From Octopus sinensis (Eukaryota): a stretch of 64,000 nt of DNA. Below are positions 52,873-64,000 of this stretch, one piece after another. Numbering within the stretch: the stretch's first letter is position 1; every line of letters begins with the position of its first letter. The stretch is taken from NCBI RefSeq assembly GCF_006345805.1, contig NC_042998.1, forward strand, positions 112,220,001 to 112,284,000, given 5' to 3'. The notes beneath the pieces are model-generated. The model ran no database searches. It saw nothing but the letters and a program-made list of their open reading frames with translations, and was not told the DNA's origin. Position numbers and translations under genes: made by a program.

Positions 52873-53734
52873 AACGGATGCATACATTTATAATCTCTTA
52901 TTATAATAACTATATATAAGTGTCGTCTGTTTATACATAAACACTGTTTCATACTACAATTATATATACATATATCTATATATAATATATATAATAAAAT
53001 ATATACAGAGTAAAATAAAAACCAATTTACCTTTTCTGTCCGTCCGTGTGTCTTTGCAAATGTGTGGAATGATAAGTGAGTTGTGATTTGGCGCCTTTTT
53101 ACTAATAACAAACACACACGTGTTTGTATGTAGTTGTATGTGTATGTAGTTGTATATGTATGTGTATGCGTGTGTGTGAGGAATGACACACACTCACGCC
53201 GCACACATGTACATCAATGCTTTCGGAGCGATATGTTAAAATATGAGTTTTCTCGAATTTTGTCTTAATTGGGGGTGAAATTGAAAGAAATATATTATGG
53301 CATGAGCGAATGGAGTACTTTGAAAAATCTTAGGTAAATTCTAATTGAAGAAATTGTGTGTGAGGAGTAAATGGTTATGTATTTATTTGTTTCTGTTTGC
53401 TGTGTTTTTTTATTTTTAGAGTAGTGGTTAAATACTTTCAGTTTAGTCTTCCTCAAATCACTCTGTCGCTATTACTTTCATTTTATTCGTTGCACACTGT
53501 ATGTGTGCGTTTGCGTGTGGTGTAAACCAGACTAAGAAAAGCATTTGACACACACCAGAATGTGAGTTTTCTGTAAATTTTGCTTAATTGGAGTTTAAAT
53601 TTTAAAAACTGGACCTGGCATGACGCGATGATTCTACTCTTAAAATGCTAGGTAAATTGTATTGAAGAAATCCTATATTGTAGATTTCTATAACTCCCAA
53701 AGGGAGGCAGATAAAATCTGCCTTTTATAATAAG

Positions 53735-53791
<57 letters not shown>

Positions 53792-53818
53792 TGTATGTGT
53801 GATATATATTATATATAT

Positions 53819-53863
<45 letters not shown>

Positions 53864-54080
53864 TATATATATAAACAAGAAGGGTAGTAATATTATTTAC
53901 TACCAGGTGCCCAGCACAAAAGACGAATAGTCATGAGACAAAAATATTATTCATATAGAAAAATATTATTCATGTGGTTATACAATTAAGGGCTCCTAAT
54001 AAAGATGCCGAGTGCTGGGAACACAAAAAGGGGATGAATTTATCGAGAGTGAAAATCAAAAACATTACCGATAACTTTAA

Positions 54081-54157
54081 CAACTCGTACCGCGGTTTCT
54101 GCTTCTTTCTAGCAAACACACAGAATGTTTGCTAAGGCTAGCTTCATCAGCGAGTCG
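54081..54157 (-). ncRNA. Type I hammerhead ribozyme fold (copy 1)
   Basis: Minus strand reads CGACUCG-CUGAUGA-A-GCU...AGC-A-GAAA-CCGCG-GUA-CGAGUUG. It has a 7-bp stem I, the conserved core and a palindromic stem III (ACCGCGGU). Predicted cleavage is after GUA (plus 54088). Confidence 0.8.
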
Positions 54158-54523
54158 CCTGAATTTAATCGAGGTCTGCAGCGATGTGGGGCTATATGTT
54201 AAACCCGACTACTAGCAGATCTTAACTTTTCAAATCTCTGCGCAGACGCAAAATTTACACGGCATGCCGGGAAGAATTTTACGAATAAATTCATCATGTA
54301 GTATGCGAATATAAACAAGAAGGGTAGTAATATTATTTACTACCAGGTGCCTAGCACAAAAGACGAATTAGTCATGAGACAAAAATATTATTCATATAGA
54401 AAAATATATTTCATGTGGTTATACAATTAAGGGCTCCTAAATAAAGATGCCGAGTGCTGGGAACACAAAAAGGGGATGAATTTATCGAGAGTGAAAATCA
54501 AAAACATTTACCGATAACTTTAA

Positions 54524-54598
54524 CAACTCGTACCGCGGTTTCTGCTTCTTTCTAGCAAAACACAGAATGTTTGCTAAGGTAGCTTCATCAGCGAGTCG
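54524..54598 (-). ncRNA. Type I hammerhead ribozyme fold (copy 2)
   Basis: Same motif as copy 1; the cleavage triplet lies at plus 54531-54533. Confidence 0.8.
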
Positions 54599-55088
54599 CC
54601 TGAATTTAATCGAGGTCTGCAGCGATGTGGGGCTATATGTTAACCCGACTACTAGCAGATCTTAACTTTTCAAATCTCTGCGCAGACGCAAAATTTACAC
54701 GGGCATGCCGGGAGATTTTACGAATAAATTCATCATGTAGTATGCGAATATAAACAAGAAGGGTAGTAATATTATTTACTACCAGGTTCCCAGCACTCGG
54801 CATCTTTATTTAGGAGCCCTTAATTGTATAACACATGAATAATATTTTTCTATATGAATAATATTTTTGTCTCATGACTATTAGTCTTTTGTGCTGGGCA
54901 CCTGGTAGTAATAACATTACTACCCTTCTTGTTTATATTCGCATACTACATGATGAATTTATTCGTTAAAGTCTTCCCGCATGCCCGTGTAAATTTTGCG
55001 TCTGCGCAGAGATTTGAAAAGTTAAGATCTGCAGTAGTCGGGTTTAACATATAGCCCCACATCGCTGCAGACCTCGATTAAATTCAGG

Positions 55089-55164
55089 CGACTCGCTGAT
55101 GAAGCTAGCCTTAGCAAACATTCTGTGTTTTGCTAGAAAGAAGCAGAAACCGCGGTACGAGTTG
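55089..55164 (+). ncRNA. Type I hammerhead ribozyme fold (copy 3)
   Basis: cgactcg CTGATGA a gct agcct tagcaaa cattctgtgt tttgcta gaaaga agc a GAAA ccgcg GTA cgagttg. Predicted cleavage is after 55157. Confidence 0.8.
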
Positions 55165-55531
55165 TTAAAGTTATCGGTAAATGTTTTTGATTTTCACTCT
55201 CGATAAATTCATCCCCTTTTTGTGTTCCCAGCACTCGGCATCTTTATTTAGGAGCCCTTAATTGTATAACCACATGAATAATATTTTTCTATATGAATAA
55301 TATTTTTGTCTCATGACTAATTCGTCTTTTGTGCTGGGCACCTGGTAGTAAATAATATTACTACCCTTCTTGTTTATATTCGCATACTACATGATGAATT
55401 TATTCGTAAAATTCTTCCCGGCATGCCCGTGTAAATTTTACGTCTGCGCAGAGATTTGAAAAGTTAAGATCTGCTAGTAGTCGGGTTTAACATATAGCCC
55501 CACATCGCTGCAGACCTCGATTAAATTCAGG

Positions 55532-55607
55532 CGACTCGCTGATGAAGCTAGCCTTAGCAAACATTCTGTGTTTTGCTAGAAAGAAGCAGAAACCGCGGTA
55601 CGAGTTG
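55532..55607 (+). ncRNA. Type I hammerhead ribozyme fold (copy 4)
   Basis: Same motif as copy 3. Predicted cleavage is after 55600, 443 nt downstream of copy 3. Confidence 0.8.
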
Positions 55608-55695
55608 TTAAAGTTATCGGTAAATGTTTTTGATTTTCACTCTCGATAAATTCATCCCCTTTTTGTGTTCCCAGCACTCGCATCTTTATATATAT

Positions 55696-55737
<42 letters not shown>

Positions 55738-55937
55738 GATCAGGTTTAGGTGTTTAAAATAATTTAAAAAATTTTCTGTAAAAATATAAATGTAGGAAAA
55801 TAAATATACATACAGTGATACATACATTCATATATACACGACAACACATGCATACATACGTATAACCATACATATACACATACATACACATATACAAGAT
55901 TACGCAAAATCATATGCGTTTACAGACACATAATCCA

Positions 55938-56870
55938 TACGTTTGGGACTTTTTCAGGAGAAACGTTAATTTCAAATAAGTACAAAACTCTAATCTCCTT
56001 CAAAACAGGATCTCTGACTTCAATGTATTTGTTGTTAGCGCTCCAGCTACTCCGTGAAAACCGCATAAAAGTCACAGACTCATTCATATTCAAAAACGAC
56101 TGCTCCTGTTATTACAGATTGAAAAAGACGGCGCAGCACTTTATGCACATTCTACCAAACACTACTTGTCGCAGCTGACTAGGTTGCAGAACGCAGTCGG
56201 GATGTATGGAAGCTCACTATGGAATAAAGCTTTGTGTTAGACTAAGCAAAAATAGAAACTTATCACTGCTTATGGATCAACTTTTAAGCTGGCACAAGAT
56301 GTTCAAGGACATTAAAGAGGAGGTTAGAGTTGATTAGAGGTTCAGCTTGGAGAACAACCAAGAGCTACAAGGAGTAAGGTTTGGGCTGTAGGAAGGGCGA
56401 GGGGTAGTTGCTTAGCATGATACTGGTCACTGAGCCCCCTAGGAACAAACTTTGCACAAATTTTTCGCATATTCAGATTTTCGTGAATAATTCTGTGTAC
56501 AGTTAACACACCAAATCCAAACAATGCTTATTGTCTTTATAGACACACGACGGTCTTCATCCAGAAAATTACGAATTTTCTCAACCACCTCTAGTATTTT
56601 GACGTTCTTAATCCTCTCGCACCTCTAATCAATTCTTACCTCCTCTCTAATGTCCTTGAACATCTTGAGCCAGCTTAAAAGTTAATCCATAAGCAATCAT
56701 AAGTTTCTATTTTTGCCTAGTTTAATACAAAACTTTATTGCATAGTGAGCTTCCATACGTCCCGACTGCATTCTGCAAACTAATCATCTGTGGCAAAGTG
56801 TTTTGTAGAATGTGTATAAAATGCTCTGCCGTCTTTTTCAATCTGTAATAACAAAAGTGGCAGGTCAGCT
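55938..56870. mobile_element. Mariner derivative with inverted duplication of the 5' region
   Basis: 56099-56340 is the reverse complement of about 56622-56866. The centre (minus strand) gives HRIIHENLNMRKICAKFVPR and a degenerate YSPNLTPCSSWLFSKL (YSPDL motif). Confidence 0.8.
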
Positions 56871-57014
56871 TATTAGATGCAAAGTAATAGTATACAAAAA
56901 CTATCATATCCTTGTAAAAGTGCTACTAATTAATTGCCTCTCCTAAAAACAAAATCTCAACATTTCTGGAATGTCACTTATATATAAATAGATATACACC
57001 ACACATATGCGTGC

Positions 57015-57069
<55 letters not shown>

Positions 57070-57194
57070 TGTGTGTGTGTGCGTGTATGTACACGTAGAT
57101 TTTTCTTATATTGAATGCGTAACTCCCCACTGTTGTTATTATCGAAATTCAAGTGATTCAGACAAAACCGTTTATTGGGAATTAACTCTGTGTG

Positions 57195-57286
<92 letters not shown>

Positions 57287-57769
57287 AAGAGAGAGTGAGA
57301 GAACTTAATATTTCACTTAGGCAAATATTGAGTTAGAACCCAATATACATTTGCTTTAGAAAGAAACGGTAGTTGAGTAGAGAGCGTAATAAAAAGATTA
57401 AATTCGGTGACATGGAACAAGAAATTATGTAATGAACTTCTCTAATTAAGTACATTGCATAGCATCTTGTTGCAGAATAAGAGAGACAGAGAAGTATATT
57501 TTCACACAGGAAAGAATATAGAACTTGTTTGGGGGTTTGCAAATGCACTTGAATCTCAAATCGTGTAGTCGTTTTTAAGTTTTTTAATAGATTTCTTCAA
57601 ATGTCAAACCTGTTTTGGCAAATATTTTGTTTATGAATGGAAAAAAGAAAAAGAAAAGAAGAAAACGGTTTGGACGAGTAGGTTTAAAGTCACTGCAGCA
57701 AGTCATAAAAAGGCATAATGGTCGTTTACCCGAACAAGCACAATTGTTGGTATTCCATCGGTTAAAATT

Positions 57770-57849
57770 ACTGCCCATATACGAATTCTAAAGTTTCGTC
57801 TAAGAAATGTTTCACGAAATACGGTTCTTAGAATTCGGATATGAGCAGT
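57770..57849. repeat. 80-nt imperfect hairpin
   Basis: actgcccatatacgaattctaa / ttagaattcggatatgagcagt, with inner tttcgt/acgaaa pairing. Confidence 0.6.
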
Positions 57850-57879
57850 TATAAAAACCCTGATTTTTGGGAAATTACT

Positions 57880-58045
57880 TAGTGTTCGTTGGATTGTTAC
57901 TAAACTCCACGACACTCACGATAGTGTTCGTTGGATTGTTACTAAACTCCACGACACTCACGATAGTGTTCGTTGGATTGTTACTAAACTCCACGACACT
58001 CACGATAGTGTTCGTTGGATTGTTACTAAACTCTACGACACTCAC
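57880..58045. repeat. 42-bp minisatellite, about 4 copies
   Basis: tagtgttcgttggattgttactaaactccacgacactcacga repeated head-to-tail without spacers. Confidence 0.95.
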
Positions 58046-58649
58046 TCATTGAGATATTGGCTACTTTTTATGTCATGTCTATGATAGTAGTTAGTATGAA
58101 AGATTAGCTAGTGTGAATTTTAAGCCGTAATTCTCTACGACAAAATGACTTTACTTTCCAATTGTACTATAAATGCTAAAGACACATAAATAAAATAATG
58201 TAGTAATTATTTTCTCTTTTTCACGTTCTTCAACCTGTTAATGAAATTTATTTCTTTTGTTATGAAACTTTATTTTTTATAGCGGTTAAAAGAACACGAA
58301 TTTGTTTATCTTCAACATACATGCACGCTTAAAATGTCCGTTAGCGTTTCAGAGTATATATTTCTCGCTATGGCGTTTATGTAACTGGAGTCAGGACATA
58401 TGTATAATGATAACACTTATAGGTAGTTGTAAGTGATGGGTTTATCAGTATATATTCTTACTTCAAAAGTAAAATATATTTATTATCTATTTCCAAATAG
58501 GAGACATATAAAAATAGTGTTGCACAAACGGTAACAAAACACGGCTATAAAAATTAGTGACCAGCTATAAAAAGTGACCGGCTATAAAATCACAATGGAA
58601 AATTCGGAAAAGCGTTTAAACGAGCAAATATTCATAGAAATTTCAATGA

Positions 58650-59970
58650 GTTTCATTCTTTTTTTGGCTGATTTCCTCAAGTCGGTGGGATTTCATATCA
58701 CTATTCCTCCATGTGCTTTTACCCTTGGCTGATGGACCATTTGGTGTATGAGAGATTTTGATACTGTTGCCCTCATCTGTACCTGAAGAATATCCAGCTC
58801 CTTTTTGAAGACATCCACATCCACATCCACATTACGTAGGTTTCTTAATTTTTTTTTTGCAGGGTATTGAAGAGCTGTGGGCCTTGGAACCCCAAGTAAT
58901 TGCAGTACCTGATCCTAACTTTAAATGTGGTGAACGGTACATTTGTTACAATAGAATGACGCTCAGTTCAGGCACTTGTTTAACACTCGATGCCGAAATT
59001 ATGCAGTAGCCTTTCCAGAATTTTCCATATGTAGAATTATTATATATCTGTCACATCTTCACGCCATGCAGTAAAGACGTAGTTTTTCAGTTTCTTCATA
59101 GTTCATCTGCTGCGCTGTCAGAATCTTTTTAGTGTAGTGACGTTGGACTGCTTTAAGCTCCGCTGTTATTATGGCTCTATGTGGTGACCATAATTGTGAA
59201 TAGTAGTCCGGACGGCTGGTAACAAATATCCTTCACAATGTCAATATGACTTCTTGTCTTGAAGAACCTTAGTATCCAATCTACCTGTTGTCTTCACTTT
59301 GTTGCCATCTTAGTAATGTGCATGTGAAATGATACATCATTACACATATTAGTCCCCAAGTCTCTTACTATCGGTCACTCTGGAATTGCCGTGCCTTCGG
59401 TTCCAGTATATGCAGACTACGATGCATTTGTGAGCTGATAGCGCAGTGCTTGAAATTTTCCAACATTAAACTGCATGTTGTTTACTTCAGTCCACTTGTA
59501 TATTACATTTAGGTCCCGTTGTAGTCTTGAGACATTGTCTGGGTTCTTTATTGCCTGTGATAATTTTGTATCATCGGCATAGCTTGTCACTGTGGCTGAC
59601 TGAGTAGCCATTGGCATATCTAAGAGAGCTATTTTAAACAGTAATGACCCCAAAACAGTTCCCTGGGGGACACCACTTAGAATTAGAGAGGATACCATTG
59701 GATGCAAGTGTCTGACGTTTAGGAAGTCATGCAACCACTCTCCCAGTTTGCCAACTATATCAAGGTTTCGCATTTTGTGGCATATCATGTCATAGTCTAG
59801 CTTATCAAAGGACTTTGCAAAGTCAAGATACATCACATTGACTTCTAAATGATCCAGCAGCTGCTTAAAAACCCAATTATAGTACCGTAAGAGCTGTATG
59901 AAGCAGCTTCTTTCAGGACCGAAGCCATACGGTGTATCGTTCTGTAAGTCCTTTTCTTCTAGGAACATTA
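58650..59970 (-). mobile_element. CR1-like LINE fragment (reverse transcriptase)
   Basis: YLDFAKSFDKLD, SGVPQGTVLGSLLF, SYADDTKL, LQRDLNVIYKW and NNMQFNVGKF. Confidence 0.85.
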
Positions 59971-60789
59971 TTAGTTTCTTTCTGACGTTTCTTTCAATGG
60001 CTCTACTGACAGGTGAAGTTAAAGAGGTTAGCCTGAAGTATTTAGCCTTTGCTCTACTCCCACCTTTGTGGATAGGGCATATAACGCCTTCTTTGAGCTT
60101 TAAGGAAGTTTACTACTTTCAAGGAAACTCTGGAAAAGTATCTGAAGTGGCTTTGCGAAAGCCTGTTTACATGACTTCAGAAGAATAGCTGGAAAGCCAT
60201 CGGGACCAGTTGCTGAGCTTAAACTCATTTCGTTCATAGATACTGTTATATCTGCTTCCGCAATGTCGATTTAATCGATGGCTGTTAAAGAATTCAGCCA
60301 GGGTTTTATTTGCATGTGTCCCAGAGGGAGGTGAAGATACTTTTAAATTGTTCAGTGAGCTCTTCACTTGTTTTTTTCGTGTCCTCAGTCAGAGTTGGTT
60401 AAAAGATTACAAATATATATTCCGTACTATTGCAATCAGGTTTAGTATACAGTGATGATTTTATATATGCGTGTACATTCATACAGATACACACGCACAT
60501 ACACACACACGCACACACACGCGCGCACGCATATACATATGTGTGTGTATTATAAAACCTATATATATATATATGTATGTATTATATCATATGAATATTT
60601 ATATATGTAATATGCCTGTATTATAAATGTATATAATACAAACGTTATATATACATACACTCACACACATGCATGCAGTCTTTGATTTAGGCACAAATGC
60701 GGAAGTTTTAGAGTACAAGGATTAGTCAAAACCTTAGATACAGCAATAGACATGTACTTCATTCTGTTAACCACCGACTGATGAGAAGT

Positions 60790-61578
60790 AGGGTGTGAGT
60801 TTATCCCAGAATGTAAATAGAGCCAGAACAAGTTCCCCAAAGGAAATAAGGTGTGTAGCGTGTGATGGTTGCATTGACCATGACAGAGAAAGCCGGTACA
60901 TGCTCAGAGGCTTACGCAAAATTGCAGAAAGTGTATGGAGAAGAGTATATGAGTTGCATATAAGTGTACGAGTGGCTCAGACGTTTCCAAGATGGCCGGA
61001 AAAGATGTCGATATTGACGAGCGTTCTGGGAAAACCGCAACCAGCAGAACTGAGGAAAACATTGATATGCGTGCAGCTGTGAGTGAAAATCGTCGAATCA
61101 CCATCCGTGAGTTATTAGAGGATGTGCAGATTAGTTACGGTTCAGTTCAGTCCATTATCACTGAAGATTTGGGTATGAGACGCGTGTCTGCCAAGTTTGT
61201 GCCCAAACTACTTTCAGCTGACCAAAAAGACACTCGGGTTTCAGTTGCACAAGATCTCCTTGATTGAGTTAAGAACGATGAAAAAATTTTTTTAAACTTT
61301 GCGTAGGCGTCTGAGCAGGTATCGCCAAGCTTTTGGCAAAATTTTATTCAGATTCTCTGCTCAATTTTCTCCGTCATCTTTAATGCGACGATCACACGCT
61401 ACACACCTTCCTTCTACTTTCTTCCTTCTGTAAACAGCGGAAGTTGGCTAGAACGTTAAAACTTTGTGCGCATGTACAGCACTGTTCAAGGTCAATCTGT
61501 GCCGAGCAGCTTTAATCTCCGTGCTTTAGCTTCATTACTATAACAACAGTCCTGATACTTATTGATCAGACCACGTAT
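60790..61578. mobile_element. Mariner derivative with inverted 5' duplication
   Basis: The + strand gives DIDERSGKTATSRTEENI...RRITIRELLEDVQISYGSVQSIITEDLGMRRVSAKFVPKLLS. 61300-61420 is an inverted diverged copy of 60845-60930, and a TIR-like TACGTGGTCTGATCAATAAG lies at the right end. Confidence 0.8.
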
Positions 61579-61837
61579 GTATATTTTATCTGTTAATTCT
61601 TTCAGTCATTCTCCGTTCTGGAACGCCGCTTTGAAGAATTTAGTCGAATGAGTCGGCCCCAGTCCTTATTTTAAAGCTTGGTACTTATTCTACCGGTACT
61701 TTTTGCCGAACCGCTAGATGATTACGAGGACGTAAACACAAAACTCAAAAACCAACACACACACATGCACACACATACACACACACACACAACACACACA
61801 ACGACACACGCACGCACACACACACACACACACACAC

Positions 61838-61888
<51 letters not shown>

Positions 61889-62233
61889 GTATACACGACG
61901 GCCTTCTTTCACTTTCCTTCTACCAAATCCTTTCGCAAAGCTTCCGTCGGCCCGAGGCTATAGTAGAAAACATCTACTCTAGGGCCTACGGAGTGGGTCT
62001 TAACTCGAGACCATGTGATTCAGAACCAAGCTTACCCCTCAGCGCCGTATATATATATATATATACATATACACACGCGTGCGCGCGCACATACACACGC
62101 ACACACACACACATATATATATAGCAAGAAAAAGGAGGAAGAGAATTTCGACTACCCCCACTTGGTGAGTTGTAATGCAAAAAGGTTATATATAAAATAA
62201 AAGAAGGAAAATATACACATTTTAAATTATTTT

Positions 62234-62427
62234 AATATATTTTAAAGGAAAGAGTATAGTGGTTGTCGACCGGTCTCGCTTTCGCTCATCATAACATTGA
62301 AATTTTAGTAATTTCGCATTTTCTTATTTTCTTAAGAAAATACAAAATTACAATAATTTCAATGTCATGATTAGCGAAAGCGAAACTGATCACATCAACT
62401 ACAATACTCTTTCGTTTAAAATATATT
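62234..62427. repeat. ~190-bp imperfect palindrome (MITE-like)
   Basis: Arms aatatattttaaaggaaagagtat...tcgctttcgctcatcataacattgaaatt and the reverse complement. Confidence 0.75.
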
Positions 62428-62577
62428 AGAACTATGTAAACTGTGCGCAATTTTCTTCTTTAATTATATATATATATATTGTATGTGTGTGTGTGTTTAA
62501 AAGTGCCTGATGTAATTCGTCGATGCTTGTCAGATTTATTACCTAAGCTTTGTGTAAAAATATTACTATTTCTTACT

Positions 62578-62625
<48 letters not shown>

Positions 62626-63955
62626 TGTGTGTGTAAGAAAGCAATCTGAAATGAACGGGTACAATTGCAATTTGAAATAGGATCATGTTATCATTTCTTT
62701 AGTAACTTATCTTTCCCTTCGACCTAATTTGTTATCTGGTTTCACATCCCCATCTTACTTTTGGGTGCCTGAAACTCTGTCCAATCTATTGCAGGCATTC
62801 AACCCACGTCTCTGATCTGAAAACGCATCACTATCTTCATATCTCGTGTCCTAATGACTCATCCACGTGTCGAGATTTCTTATGCTTTTTTTCTCATACC
62901 TGTCCACTAAACTCTATGAATATCGTAGATGCAGCTCTTCTTCATCTGATGAAGCTGTCATAATTCATTTCTTGCGAACATATCTTTACCCTGCTACGTA
63001 TGCTTCCATTGTCAAGTAAGTTATTGTATTTCAAAATTTTAGTGAAACAATATATCTACGAAATCATTAAGAATCACATATTCCAGAAAATAAAATAAAT
63101 AATAAATGTTGCTGCTGTTACAGTTATTTATTTATTTATTTATCTATTTATTCAGCTATATATTCATTTATTTATTTTTGATGTGAAATTCCATTACTGT
63201 TGAGAGAATCAAGAATGTTATTGAATCAGATTTTGACAGAGATTGTTAAAACAAAATACATTAACAGATCAGAAACTGATATCTTAAGTATCAATTTTAC
63301 CTCTACTCAGTTCTGCTGACAAATTACGTATGTTATTTTTTGAAAGCTTCAAGTTAAGGTAATATGAGTCAACGACACGGTTTCAATATTTACTTGTAAT
63401 CATTTCGCTTCACTTACACAGTAGCTAACGTTCTTCAGGAACATAAGAATGTCACATGTCCTATTTCCCATTCCCTCTGCTTTTATTTTCATTTTTATTT
63501 TTATCTATATTTTGTTGCTGTTGTTATTGTTATAAATCTGATGTGTGCATAGAGAAAAGAAATTGCTATTGGTTTATTTGGATCAGAGATGTGTAATAAA
63601 CAAGATTGAAACATCAAGTAACCTCATTCTCTGCTTGATCTTTTGTAGCCAACAAGCGATTAGCTGAATTGACTTGAAGAGAATGAATATTGTTTCTTGA
63701 CACATTCAGATATTTCTACACAGCATTAATAACGTAATTCAAGTGGAACAGAGTTCAGAAAACTTTGTGACACTCCTCATCACTAAACGTGTGAAGGGGT
63801 GTGAGGTGTTAGATGGGAGTTAGTGAGTTATATATCAGGGCCTCCTCACGCGCGCGCGCACACACATCAAAGAGAAATTGCCCAAGGTCGGTAGACTTTG
63901 CTCTCTCTCTCTTTGTTTTTCCGTCTCTCTTTCTTTTTGTTTCCCTCTCTCACAG

Positions 63956-64000
63956 TCTGAAACATAAAGCTCTATCCTGGACACGATTCAAGATGGAGGA
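63956..64000 (+). other. Probable exon of a gene extending beyond the window; possible start codon at 63993
   Basis: A ~55-nt polypyrimidine tract ends in cacAG (63954-55). It is followed by non-repetitive sequence with an open frame (LKHKALSWTRFKME) and AAGATGG context. Confidence 0.55.

Larger units (their letters stand above)
53871..55688. mobile_element. Tandem plus inverted array of a ~440-bp hammerhead-containing unit (retrozyme / Penelope pLTR-like) in a (TA)n tract
   Basis: Direct units at 53871-54310 and 54311-54749, with a partial unit to 54786. Then an inverted partial unit (54787-54936), an inverted full unit (54937-55377) and an inverted partial unit (55378-55688). (TA)n flanks both sides, no ORF >=60 aa is present, and each long unit carries a hammerhead fold. 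Confidence 0.85.

Noticed and set aside
57880-58045. CRISPR-like repeat array
   Set aside because: Units are contiguous with no unique spacers, there are no cas genes, and the context is eukaryotic. It is a minisatellite.
62946-62985. CTGATGA hammerhead candidate
   Set aside because: There is no GAAA (it reads GCGAACA) and no convincing stem I or III.

Overview
AT-rich eukaryotic genomic DNA saturated with microsatellites and transposon relics. The SINE families and repeat landscape suggest a cephalopod such as Octopus (inference, no database search). No intact protein-coding gene is visible, and most ORF-track hits are microsatellite translations. A strong + strand splice acceptor at 63954-55 suggests much of the window is intron or 5' region of a gene that continues past the right edge. 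Mobile relics include tRNA-type SINEs, RTE, CR1, Tx1/L1 and RLE (R4/Dong-like) LINE fragments, Tc1/mariner and Tigger fragments, two Helitrons with both termini, and several MITE-like foldbacks. The standout is a set of non-coding elements carrying type I hammerhead ribozyme folds inside (TA)n tracts. One is a 1.8-kb direct-plus-inverted array of a ~440-bp unit with four hammerheads (53871-55688), predicted to release 443-nt monomers from either strand. An unrelated-sequence element at 29690-30166 has the same architecture, and both share an unusual A/A pair of extra bases at the base of stem II. This resembles a retrozyme or Penelope-LTR-like circRNA system. All structures were folded by eye and none has been tested.
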